Assembly: GCA_963750165.1 (NCBI GenBank)
Contig: CAVVPN010000003.1
Location: 1,632,001-1,696,000 of the forward strand
DNA: 64,000 nucleotides
Reading direction: 5' to 3'
Origin: an uncultured Gemmataceae bacterium
GTDB lineage: Bacteria > Planctomycetota > Planctomycetia > Gemmatales > Gemmataceae
Shown: positions 38,897 to 47,518 of the stretch, one piece after another
Layout of the letters: each line of letters begins with the position of its first letter
Position numbering within the stretch: the stretch's first letter is position 1
Program-made: the position numbers and the translations under genes
The notes under the pieces: model-generated
What the model was told of the DNA's origin: nothing
The model's input: the letters and a program-made list of their open reading frames with translations, nothing else
Database searches by the model: none

Positions 38897-40252
38897 ATGG
38901 CCGTCCTGACCGAGTCGCGTCCGCTGGTTGTCGCACTGCCCTGGCGCTGGGTGCATGTCGCCGTCGCGGCGCTGGCGATGGTGGCGACGCTGCCCGGCCG
39001 CACCCACGGCCTCGGCCTCATCACCGAACCGTTGCTGGCGGACTTCCAGCTGGGCCGCCTCGCTTACGCCGCCATCAACTTCTGGGCGACGCTCCTCGGC
39101 GCCGTCTTCTGCGTGCCCTGGGGCTGGCTGACCGACCGCCTCGGCGTCCGCGCCGTGCTCAGCGCCACGCTGCTCGGTCTTGGCGCCGTTGTCGTCGCCA
39201 TGAGTCTGCTGCCGGGCGCGGCGGAAACGACGGGGCCATCGGTGGCGGTGGCGTCGCTGCTGTTCGCGCTCGTACTGCTGACGCGCGGCCTGGGCCAGAG
39301 CGCCCTGTCGGTGGTCAGCCTGGCACTGATGGGCCGCGCCGCCGGCCGGCACTCCGGTCTGACCGTCGGCGTTTATTCGCTGCTGACCGGCCTGGGCTTC
39401 ATGGCCGCGTATGTGGCGATCCGCCAGGTGCTGTTAAATTGGGATGTCTCCTGGCGGTTACTCTGGGAGAGCATTGGCTGGGTGCTCATCGGCGTCGCCG
39501 TGCCGGTCTGGTTGGTGGTGCGGCCCACCGCCCTCGCGGTGTCGCCCACCGACCGGATCGCGGCCGACGCCGCCGGCTACACCCTCGGCGAAGCGCTGGC
39601 CACGCCCGCCTTCTGGGTCTTCGGCCTGGCCACGTCGTTTTACGGCCTGATCGCCGCAGGCATCTCGCTGTTCAACCAGAGCATCCTTGCGGAGCGCGGC
39701 TTCGACCGCGAACTGTTTCTGACCATCACCGCCCTGGCGCCGCTGGTCGGCCTGGCCAGCAACCTGGCGACCGGCGGCCTGGCGATGCGCTGGTCGTACG
39801 GCCGACTGCTGATGATCGCCATGCTGCTGCTCGCCCTGGCCCTGGCGGTCTTCCCGCTGGTGCAGACGGTGGCGCAGGTGTACGCTTACGCGGTGACGCT
39901 GGGCATCGCCGGCGGCATGGTGACGACCCTCTTCTTCGGCGTCTGGAGCCGCTACTACGGCCAGGCCCACCTCGGCAAGATCCAGGGCGCCGCCCAGATG
40001 TTGACCGTGTTCGCCTCGGCGCTCGGCCCGGTACTGCTGGCCGCCAGCCAGCACTGGACGGACTCGTACACGCCGTTGTTCCAGGGTGCCGCCGCGGTCG
40101 CCGGCTTGCTGGCGCTGGCCGCCTGGCTGACGCCGTCGCCCCGCGCCCCGATTTTCCTTCGCCTCACCCCCGACGAGGTTCCCCATGACGCCGGCCACCC
40201 TGACCCCCTTGCCACCGCCGTCCGCGGCGCGGAAGAGCGACTACGACCGTGA
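38897..40252 (+). CDS. MFS transporter
   Basis: About 12 TMs; GWLTDRLGVR motif A; YYGQAHLGKIQG. Confidence 0.9.
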   Translation: MAVLTESRPLVVALPWRWVHVAVAALAMVATLPGRTHGLGLITEPLLADFQLGRLAYAAINFWATLLGAVFCVPWGWLTDRLGVRAVLSATLLGLGAVVVAMSLLPGAAETTGPSVAVASLLFALVLLTRGLGQSALSVVSLALMGRAAGRHSGLTVGVYSLLTGLGFMAAYVAIRQVLLNWDVSWRLLWESIGWVLIGVAVPVWLVVRPTALAVSPTDRIAADAAGYTLGEALATPAFWVFGLATSFYGLIAAGISLFNQSILAERGFDRELFLTITALAPLVGLASNLATGGLAMRWSYGRLLMIAMLLLALALAVFPLVQTVAQVYAYAVTLGIAGGMVTTLFFGVWSRYYGQAHLGKIQGAAQMLTVFASALGPVLLAASQHWTDSYTPLFQGAAAVAGLLALAAWLTPSPRAPIFLRLTPDEVPHDAGHPDPLATAVRGAEERLRP

Positions 40253-40982
40253 CGGCTTCGTGATCGTCCGCGGTCTGTTCGGCGCTGACGACATCGCCGC
40301 GGCCCTGGCCGAGGCGGAGCGTCTGCTGGTCGAACGCCGCGATTTGATCTCGACCAAAAATATCCGCTGTCGCTGGCAGCCGAACGTCGTCACCGGCGCC
40401 GCCTGCGAGTTCGAGACCTTCGACCCCATCGTGGACCTCGTGCCAGTATGCCGGCGGCTGGCCCTGGACGCGCGGCTGCTGGCCGTGCTGGCGGAACTGT
40501 ACGGCGAGCCCGCGTGCCTGTTCAAGGACAAGCTCATTTACAAGCCGCCGGGCGTGAAGGGTTACGGTCTGCACCAGGACTGGATCGCCTGGCCGGGCTT
40601 TCCACGCAGCTTCCTGACGGTGCTCATGCCCTTCGACGCGGCCGGCGTGGACAACGGCTGCACGGAGGTGTTTCCCGGCTACCACACGCACGGCAGTCTG
40701 TCGGCCGAGGACGGCCAGTATCACGAGTTGCCGGCGGCCACCGTGGACGAGGCGAAGGGCGTGCCGCTGGAGCTGGAGCCAGGCGACGTGGCGATTTTCG
40801 GCGGCTTCACGCCGCACCGCTCCGCTCCGAATCGCTCGCCGCGCTGGCGACGGCAGCTGTATCTTAGCTATAACAAACTGTCGGACGGCGGCGAACAGCG
40901 GGCGAAGCACTATGATGAATTTCACCGCTGGCTGCGCGTGAAGTACGCGGAGTATAACAAGACCGACGTCTACTTCGAGTGA
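40185..40982 (+). CDS. Phytanoyl-CoA dioxygenase (PhyH) family Fe(II)/2OG dioxygenase
   Basis: YDRDGF, LHQD, NGC, PGDVAIF, TPHRSAPN..R. Confidence 0.9.
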   Translation: MTPATLTPLPPPSAARKSDYDRDGFVIVRGLFGADDIAAALAEAERLLVERRDLISTKNIRCRWQPNVVTGAACEFETFDPIVDLVPVCRRLALDARLLAVLAELYGEPACLFKDKLIYKPPGVKGYGLHQDWIAWPGFPRSFLTVLMPFDAAGVDNGCTEVFPGYHTHGSLSAEDGQYHELPAATVDEAKGVPLELEPGDVAIFGGFTPHRSAPNRSPRWRRQLYLSYNKLSDGGEQRAKHYDEFHRWLRVKYAEYNKTDVYFE

Positions 40983-41000
40983 CCACTGAGGAATTCTCCC

Positions 41001-41885
41001 ATGAACGTTGCCACGCTGCCCGTCGCACCGGCCGTCCGCTTTCACCTGTCGCTGAACGTCTCCGACCTGGCGCGGTCGATCCCATTTTACAGCACGCTGT
41101 TCGGCACCGAGCCGGCCAAGGTGCGGGCCGACTACGCCAAGTTCGAGTTGAACGACCCACCGCTGGTGCTGTCGCTGGAGCCGGCGGCCGCGGGCAAGGG
41201 CGGCTGGCTGAATCACCTCGGCTTTCGCATGCCGGACGCCGCCACGCTGGTCGCCATGCAGCGCCGCCTGGAAGAAGCGGGCATCCGCGCCCAGCGCGAG
41301 GAGGGCGTCGAGTGCTGCTACGCCCGGCAGACGAAGTTCTGGGTCACCGACCCGGACGGCGCGCTGTGGGAGATCTACACCTTTGACGGCGACATCGACC
41401 ACCGTGGCGTCGGCCAGGATCTGAAGACCGTGGCCGCCCCGGCTCCCGCCGCCAATGGCCACGCCGCGCCGGTCGCCGGCGCGTGCTCGTGGGAGCACCG
41501 CCTGGGCGAACCGGTGCCCGCCACCATCCCGCTGGCGGACAACAGCGCGGAAGAAGTGCGGTTGCGCGGCACCCTCAACCTGCCACTGGAAGAAGCGGTG
41601 AAGCGCCAGTTATTGCAGGAGGCGGCGCGCGTGCTGCGGCCGGGCGGCCGGGTGTTCGTGCATGTGCTGGTCGCGGATCGGCCGCTGGTCGCGGCGCCAC
41701 AATTGCCCGGCCCGGCGGCGGTGGTGCAGTACGTGCCGCTGGAGGCGGAGCCGATCAAACTGCTGGCGACCGCGGGGCTCAAGGAGATTCGCCTGCTGAA
41801 GTTTGGGGCCAGGCCCTGCTTCACACAGGACGGCGTGGAGATGCGCGAATTGCAGGTCGAGGGCTGGAAGCCCGCGGCAGGTTGA
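41001..41885 (+). CDS. ArsI/CadI-family VOC metalloenzyme fused to a methyltransferase-like domain
   Basis: RFHLSLNV, YAKF, LNHLG, ECCYARQTKFWVTDPDG..WE; C-terminal EAARVLRPGG. Confidence 0.85.
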   Translation: MNVATLPVAPAVRFHLSLNVSDLARSIPFYSTLFGTEPAKVRADYAKFELNDPPLVLSLEPAAAGKGGWLNHLGFRMPDAATLVAMQRRLEEAGIRAQREEGVECCYARQTKFWVTDPDGALWEIYTFDGDIDHRGVGQDLKTVAAPAPAANGHAAPVAGACSWEHRLGEPVPATIPLADNSAEEVRLRGTLNLPLEEAVKRQLLQEAARVLRPGGRVFVHVLVADRPLVAAPQLPGPAAVVQYVPLEAEPIKLLATAGLKEIRLLKFGARPCFTQDGVEMRELQVEGWKPAAG

Positions 41886-41919
41886 CGTTGTCAGGGCGCC
41901 GGGGAGGGTTGCGGAGCGC

Positions 41920-41984
41920 TTAGCCGCAAGCGGCAGAAAAGATGGGTTTGAGCGCGAGCCCCTTCTTTTCTGCCGCTTGCGGCC
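41920..41984. repeat. Inverted pair GCCGCAAGCGGC (REP-like), convergent terminator
   Basis: GCCGCAAGCGGCAGAAAAGA ... TCTTTTCTGCCGCTTGCGGC; same motif recurs at 46284-46348. Confidence 0.7.
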
Positions 41985-41992
41985 TGGTGCGC

Positions 41993-42409
41993 TTACTGCC
42001 GCGGTTGGCCGAAGCGCTTCGGCAGAACCACGCCCCACCCAGAACCGCCGCGGCGCAGCTGGACCGCCTCCTTGAAGCGGTGCTGTTTCTTCCGAACGGT
42101 GCCAATGAAGGTGACGTGCGCGATCGCCTCGGCCCCGTGTTCCTCGCAGGTTCGCAGTTTCACCTCCTGCGGTTCAAAGCCGAGCTGCCGGCGGTAGGTC
42201 TGGGCCAGCGCCTCGAAGCGTTCCGGCGGATACTTCGCCCGGCTGTCGAGGTGCAGCGCCGCGTGAGCGCGCCGCCAGTCCTTGTGCAGCAGTCCCTCGA
42301 AGAAGTCGCGCACTGCCTGTCGCGAGCCGGTGTCCGCGGGCTCCGCCGGCGCCTGGCCGCAGCCCGCCAGCAGGGCGAGCACCAGCAGACAGCAACCGCC
42401 GCGCCGCAT
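41993..42409 (-). CDS. Lipoprotein of unknown function
   Basis: LLVLALLAGC lipobox; downstream of the DUF1559 gene in the same orientation. Confidence 0.8.
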   Translation of the reverse strand: MRRGGCCLLVLALLAGCGQAPAEPADTGSRQAVRDFFEGLLHKDWRRAHAALHLDSRAKYPPERFEALAQTYRRQLGFEPQEVKLRTCEEHGAEAIAHVTFIGTVRKKQHRFKEAVQLRRGGSGWGVVLPKRFGQPRQ

Positions 42410-42431
42410 GTCCCCTCCCTCCGCGTCGGGC

Positions 42432-43199
42432 TCAGTACGGGTAGCTCATGTCCTGGGTGAAAACAACGTGATCGGGGAACAGGTCCGCCACGGCGTCATC
42501 CCACGCCAGGCTGACGACGTGGCCGTCCAGGTACAGGTAATTGGCGGCGCCGTTGTGCCGACGGTAGGCGATCCACGGCTGAAACGTGTTGGTGCCCAGC
42601 CAGATGTCGAAGTCGTCCTGTTTGGGGTCGCCGCCCGCCGCCAGGATGCCGTCCGCGTCGCGCTCCGTGTAGGCGATGAAGTTGGACGTGCCGACCTGCT
42701 GGATGAAGCGCAGCAGCGTCCAGCGCCCGTAGCGGCGCGTCTTGTGGCTCAGCTGCGAGTTCAGCAGGTAACTGGTGCGGTTCCAGACGCCGTCGCCGTC
42801 CGGCGCGGGGTAGCGCTGCGACGGGTCCGCCGGGCAGCGGTAGATGGTTTCGCTGGGCGTGATGATGCCCTGCTTGGACAGGGCCTCGTTGGCCTCGTTG
42901 TCGCCGCCGATGAAGGGCATGAGCTTGTCTTCCCAGTAAATCTCGGCGAAGCTGTTGGCATCCGCGGTGTTGGTGAGCACGTCTGCCTCGAAGGGGTGAT
43001 GCAGGAAGAATTGCCCGTTGGTGGCGTCGTAATACTCCAGGCTCGCCATGCCGATCTGGTGCAGGTTCGACTGACACTGCGTCCGCAGCGCGGCGGCCCC
43101 CGCCTGCTGCACCGCGGGCAGCAGCAGGCCGATCAGCACGCCGATGATGGCGATGACCACGAGCAGCTCGATCAGCGTGAACGCACGGCGGGTCGGCAT
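42432..43199 (-). CDS. DUF1559 prepilin-type protein, short form (NikR-associated)
   Basis: [43 protein letters not shown]. Confidence 0.92.
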   Translation of the reverse strand: MPTRRAFTLIELLVVIAIIGVLIGLLLPAVQQAGAAALRTQCQSNLHQIGMASLEYYDATNGQFFLHHPFEADVLTNTADANSFAEIYWEDKLMPFIGGDNEANEALSKQGIITPSETIYRCPADPSQRYPAPDGDGVWNRTSYLLNSQLSHKTRRYGRWTLLRFIQQVGTSNFIAYTERDADGILAAGGDPKQDDFDIWLGTNTFQPWIAYRRHNGAANYLYLDGHVVSLAWDDAVADLFPDHVVFTQDMSYPY

Positions 43200-43231
43200 G
43201 GCGGGTCTCCTTGAGGGCCGCGGTTCCTGGC

Positions 43232-43258
43232 GTATGACGAAATCCAAAATCGTAATAC
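43232..43258. promoter_or_regulatory. Candidate NikR operator
   Basis: GTATGACGAAATCCAAAATCGTAATAC, dyad GTATGACGA/TCGTAATAC, between divergent nikR and DUF1559. Confidence 0.8.
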
Positions 43259-43355
43259 TGAGGCCCAGGGTGGACGGCAAGGCACGGCCGGAAAGTTTCT
43301 GGTGGCGGCAGGGGCCGGGCGGTACAGTGGAGGGAAACCCGGGGAGGAGTTGATC

Positions 43356-43823
43356 GTGTCAGAACTGGTGCGGTTCACGGTATCGCTGGAGGCCGATCTC
43401 CTGGAGGAGTTCGACCGTTATTGCCTGGAAGGCAAGTTCCCGACGCGCAGCGAGGCGATCCGCCATGTGCTGCGCGAGACGTTGAACCAGCACGCCTGGC
43501 TGGCGGACGCTCAGGACGCGGCGGCGACGCTGACGCTGGTCTACGACCACCACCGCACCCGGTTGTCGGAGAAACTGCTGGATTTGCAGCACCGGCACGC
43601 GAACCTGGTGGTGTCCACGATGCACGTCCACCTGGACCACGACACCTGCCTGGAGGTGATCGTGCTGCGCGGCCGGGCCGTGGCGCTGCAGGAAATGGCG
43701 CTGGAACTGCGCGGCCTCAAGGGCATCCACAAGGGCCAGCTGGTGCTGGCGGCCGCATCGCCAGCGGAGGAATCAAACCACGGAACACACGGAACACACG
43801 GAAAAAAGACAGAAGAGAAATAA
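43356..43823 (+). CDS. nikR: Nickel-responsive regulator NikR
   Basis: RHH RFTVSL...[31 protein letters not shown]. Confidence 0.95.
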   Translation: MSELVRFTVSLEADLLEEFDRYCLEGKFPTRSEAIRHVLRETLNQHAWLADAQDAAATLTLVYDHHRTRLSEKLLDLQHRHANLVVSTMHVHLDHDTCLEVIVLRGRAVALQEMALELRGLKGIHKGQLVLAAASPAEESNHGTHGTHGKKTEEK

Positions 43824-43886
43824 TGAGTACCTGGGTGGAAGTCCCGGGGCGTGGACTCCCGTGTTTTCCGTGTGTTCCGTGGTTTT
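43775..43886. repeat. Inverted 9-mer arrays (CACGGAACA)n; left arm inside the nikR 3' end
   Basis: AAACCACGGAACACACGGAACACACGG ... CCGTGTTTTCCGTGTGTTCCGTGGTTT. Confidence 0.85.
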
Positions 43887-43892
43887 TTTAAC

Positions 43893-45053
43893 TCAAGTGA
43901 TGCGCTTGACGATCAGCGTGGCGTACGCCCCGCGCGGCAGATCGAAGCCCAGCGTCAGCTTGAGCCGGTCGGGGTGGCGCTCGTCCGCCGCGAACGTGCC
44001 GCGCAGTTCCGCCGGCACACACAGCGCCGCCCGATCACCCTTCGAGAAGAATAGTTCCTTCAGCCCCTTCAACCGCAGTTGCTCGAGCGTCACGCCGTCC
44101 TCCGCGAGCACGTCGCGCAGCAGCGCCAGCCGTGAGTCGTCGTCGGCCAGGCCGTGCCGTGGCGATGGCAGCGGCAACCGCAGGGACTCCAGCGCCGTGC
44201 GCTGTTCCGGCTCCAGGCTCCGCGGCATCGGCACGTCGCCCAGGCGCAGCCGGATCGACACCAGCTGTTCGGGCCGCAGCTGGGCGGTCAGCCAGCGGGC
44301 GAGCAGGCGGTTCCACAGATGACTCTGGTACGCCGCCAGATACAGGCCGCGCAGGTCCGGCTGCAAGCGCTCGACCGCCCCGCGGAAGTCCGTGGGGTGG
44401 TGGACCAGGTAATCCACCAGGCTGCGGGCGTGGCCGCGCGACAACTGCTCCTTCAGCGTCGGCCAGTCACCCCAGTGCTGCCGCAGCAGTTCCTTGTCGC
44501 GGCGCTGGGCGGCGCGGTCGTGCTCATACGGGGCCGTCAGCGCCAGCCGCAAGCCCTGCTCGAAGTTGCCCAGCGCCAGCTCCCGGGCCATGAAGCCGCC
44601 GCCGCCACTCACCGAACCGAAGCGCTGGTCGTCGAAATAACTGGGCACCCCAACAGCGCGCACCTCGTCCAGCGCCTGCTGCATCGCGGTCTGGTCCGCC
44701 TCCGCCACGGCTCGCAGCGTCAGCAGGAAACGGTTGCCGCGCATGTCCTGCGAGGTATACGCGGCCGGCACCTGACCGAGATACTCCAACTCGATGCCGT
44801 CCTGCGTCAGTCGTCGCTGTGGACCGTGGAAAATGGTCAGATACTGCACGGTCAGCGCGTGCCGATCCTTGAGGCCACCGTAGGACAGTCGGCGGTGCTC
44901 GATACGCCAGCGGCGGCGCACCAGGTTCAGGGCGTCCAGCGTCGTCCAGCCGCGCTTGGTCAGGCGGTAGAGCGCGAACGCGCCGGCGCCGGTCGGAACC
45001 ACGTCGGTCAGTTCCTCGACCTGAAAGTCTTCGGGTTGTTGCTTGAGCTTCAT
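43893..45053 (-). CDS. truD: tRNA pseudouridine(13) synthase TruD
   Basis: PEDFQVEE, GGLKDRHALT, GNRF, PSYFDDQRFG, AYQSHLWN, FDLPRGAYAT. Confidence 0.93.
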   Translation of the reverse strand: MKLKQQPEDFQVEELTDVVPTGAGAFALYRLTKRGWTTLDALNLVRRRWRIEHRRLSYGGLKDRHALTVQYLTIFHGPQRRLTQDGIELEYLGQVPAAYTSQDMRGNRFLLTLRAVAEADQTAMQQALDEVRAVGVPSYFDDQRFGSVSGGGGFMARELALGNFEQGLRLALTAPYEHDRAAQRRDKELLRQHWGDWPTLKEQLSRGHARSLVDYLVHHPTDFRGAVERLQPDLRGLYLAAYQSHLWNRLLARWLTAQLRPEQLVSIRLRLGDVPMPRSLEPEQRTALESLRLPLPSPRHGLADDDSRLALLRDVLAEDGVTLEQLRLKGLKELFFSKGDRAALCVPAELRGTFAADERHPDRLKLTLGFDLPRGAYATLIVKRIT

Positions 45054-45108
45054 GGCCGGGACTGAGCGCCATGGGAGGATGGCAAACAGTGGAGGGGAAG
45101 CCGAGCGC

Positions 45109-45187
45109 AAAAAAAGAGACCGAGAAATTTGGAATCCGAAACCGTCGCCCAGTCAGTTTCAAACTCGCATTTATTTCTCGATCTCTG
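45109..45187 (-). ncRNA. Candidate ~80-nt structured sRNA or attenuator
   Basis: TTGCAA-N16-TATGAT promoter (45220-45193); long hairpin GAGATCGAGAAAT/ATTTCTCGGTCTC closed by T7. Confidence 0.45.
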
Positions 45188-45416
45188 CCCTCATCATAAC
45201 CGTTTCGTCCCGCATTGCAAGCGCAAGACACCCTTTTTTTAAAAAATCCGCAATTTTCTGGATTCTACCTGAAAAATTCATCGTAACTCTGGTTGTGCTT
45301 GCGGGTTATGCGAGCTGAAGCGTAATGTGGTGGGTCGGGCTTCGACCAGAAGCAAGAACAGCCAGGACTCCGGAACCCCGAAGTCCTGGCTGTTGTCTGG
45401 TTCGGCTTGACGGCGA

Positions 45417-46256
45417 TCAGGAAACCACCTCGCCCACCTTGTAGCGGATGAACTTGACCAGTTTCAGGCCCGCCTTCTGCAGCAGTTCGCCAACGGTCTG
45501 CGTGTCGTCCTTGACGAACGGCTGCTCGACGAGGACATTCTCGGCGAACCAGGTTTTGAGTTTGCCCTCGGCGATCTTCTCGGCGATCTGCTGCGGTTTG
45601 CCGGTGGCGACCGCCTGGGCGGTGGCGATCTCCTTCTCCTTGGCGATGGTGTCCGGCGCCAGGTTCTCGCGCAGGGCCGCCAACGGATTGCGGGCGGTGA
45701 TGTGCATGCACACGTCGCGCAGCAACTGCGGATCGGCCCGCTCGCCCGCGACGACGATCAGCACGCCGACACTGCCGTCGTGGTGCGTGTAGCTGCCGAG
45801 CAACCCGTTCGCCTCGCGGCGGAAGCGTTGCACCTTCATCACCTCGCGGATCAATCCGATCGTCTCGGTGAGGCGATCATTGACCGTTCCCTGGCCGTCC
45901 ACGTAAGGCTGCGCCAGCAACTCCTCAACGGTGGCCGGGTTCTTCAGGGCGATCTGTTTCGCCAGATCATTGCCGAGATTGACGAACCCTTCCGCCTTCA
46001 CCACGGGCGGGCTCTCGCAACGGATCTCGGCGATGGCGCCGGTCTTCATATCTGGGGAGATCCAGACGGCGATGCGACCCTCGGCGGTCTCACGGTCGCC
46101 GCGCTTAACGATGAAGCCGGCGTGCTTCTTGCGCAGGTATTCAATGGCCTTGTCCATGTCGCCGCTGGAATGCGTGAGGGCTTCCTTACACTCCATCATG
46201 GGCAGGTTGGTACGGTCGCGCAGGGCCTTGACGACGGTGGCGGAGATATTCGACAT
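45417..46256 (-). CDS. tsf: Translation elongation factor Ts
   Basis: VKALRDRTNLPMMECKEAL, AEGRI, MHITA, IAEGKL, QPFVKD. Confidence 0.97.
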   Translation of the reverse strand: MSNISATVVKALRDRTNLPMMECKEALTHSSGDMDKAIEYLRKKHAGFIVKRGDRETAEGRIAVWISPDMKTGAIAEIRCESPPVVKAEGFVNLGNDLAKQIALKNPATVEELLAQPYVDGQGTVNDRLTETIGLIREVMKVQRFRREANGLLGSYTHHDGSVGVLIVVAGERADPQLLRDVCMHITARNPLAALRENLAPDTIAKEKEIATAQAVATGKPQQIAEKIAEGKLKTWFAENVLVEQPFVKDDTQTVGELLQKAGLKLVKFIRYKVGEVVS

Positions 46257-46362
46257 GGGGGTTCCTCTCAGGAGCAGAAGATGTCTTGCCGCTTGCGGCG
46301 TAGCGGCCGCGCTCGGAAGCGCTGGCCGCTTACGCCGCAAGCGGCAAGAGAGGCAATCTCAA

Positions 46363-47349
46363 TTATTCCACGACAGCCGGGGCCGGCCGGGGGTTCGCGG
46401 CAGCGTTGCCGCCCTGCGGGCTGTCGCCCTCCGGACCACCGCGGCCGCCACCCGGCGGGCCGCCACGGCCGCCGCCCTGCGGGCCACCACGGCCGCCACC
46501 CTGCGGGCCGCCGCGACCGCCACCCTGCGGGCCGCCGCGACCGCCGCCCTGCTGCGATGGCGGTTCCGGCGCCGCCGCCCGCCCCTCGCGGATGGCGTCG
46601 GCCAGGCGGGCCAGGATCAACTCGATGGAGCGGATGCTGTCGTCGTTGCCGGGGATCGGCAGATCAACGGTGTCCGGATCGCTGTCGGTGTCGATCAGCG
46701 CGACGGTGGTGACGCCCATGCGCTGGGCTTCCTTGACGGCGATGTCCTCGCGGTGCGGATCGACGACGATCATGGCGTCGGGCAGCCGATTCATGTCGCG
46801 GATGCCCTGGAGGTTGCGCGTGATCTTGCTCAGTTCGCGGTTGAGCTGGGCGACCATCTTCTTGCTATAGGTGCGGATGGAGGCGTTCTCGGGGGCCTTG
46901 GTCAGGTCGAACTTGCCCGACTCGTTGAGCATGGTCTTCATGTAGGCGTTCATGTCGAGCTTGTCGGCGCGTTCGCCGGCGGGCAGCCACATCTGCTCGA
47001 GTTCCTGCAGGCGCTTGAGGCGGTCGCGGATGGTGCGGTAGTTGGTCAGGGTGCCGCCGAGCCAGCGTTCGCTGACGAAGGGCATGGTGCAGCGCGCGGC
47101 CTCGCGCTCGACGGCCTCTTTCGCCTGGCGCTTGGTGCCGACGAACACGACCAGGCTGCCGCGGCTGGCGATCTGCGTCAGGTAGCGGTAGGCGCGCAGC
47201 AGGCCGCGCACGGTTTCGCGCAGGTCAATGATGTGAATGAGGTTGCGTTTGCCGTAAATGAACGGCCGCATTTTCGGATTCCAGCGGCTGGCCCGGTGTC
47301 CGAAATGAACGCCGGCCTCGATCAAATCCTTCACTTGCACAATGGCCAC
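46363..47349 (-). CDS. rpsB: 30S ribosomal protein S2 with RGG-repeat tail
   Basis: AGVHFGH...[35 protein letters not shown]-terminal (GGRGGPQG)n. Confidence 0.97.
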   Translation of the reverse strand: MAIVQVKDLIEAGVHFGHRASRWNPKMRPFIYGKRNLIHIIDLRETVRGLLRAYRYLTQIASRGSLVVFVGTKRQAKEAVEREAARCTMPFVSERWLGGTLTNYRTIRDRLKRLQELEQMWLPAGERADKLDMNAYMKTMLNESGKFDLTKAPENASIRTYSKKMVAQLNRELSKITRNLQGIRDMNRLPDAMIVVDPHREDIAVKEAQRMGVTTVALIDTDSDPDTVDLPIPGNDDSIRSIELILARLADAIREGRAAAPEPPSQQGGGRGGPQGGGRGGPQGGGRGGPQGGGRGGPPGGGRGGPEGDSPQGGNAAANPRPAPAVVE

Positions 47350-47518
47350 GCACGGCCCTCCTGCCCCCACGGCGGTGATTCGGTGACAAATGTATTACCA
47401 GCGACCTACAACAAGGGCCATTGTAGTCGCCCGAGCAACAGGGTGAAGAGGTAAATCGTACCATGACCGCAGACAACGGTCAAAGCATTTCTGCGGGAAA
47501 TTCAGGGGCGGGTGTGCC

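Noticed and set aside
40185..40252. 68-nt overlap between the MFS and PhyH genes as a regulatory feature
   Set aside because: May be a simple C-terminal run-on or another indel; cannot be supported
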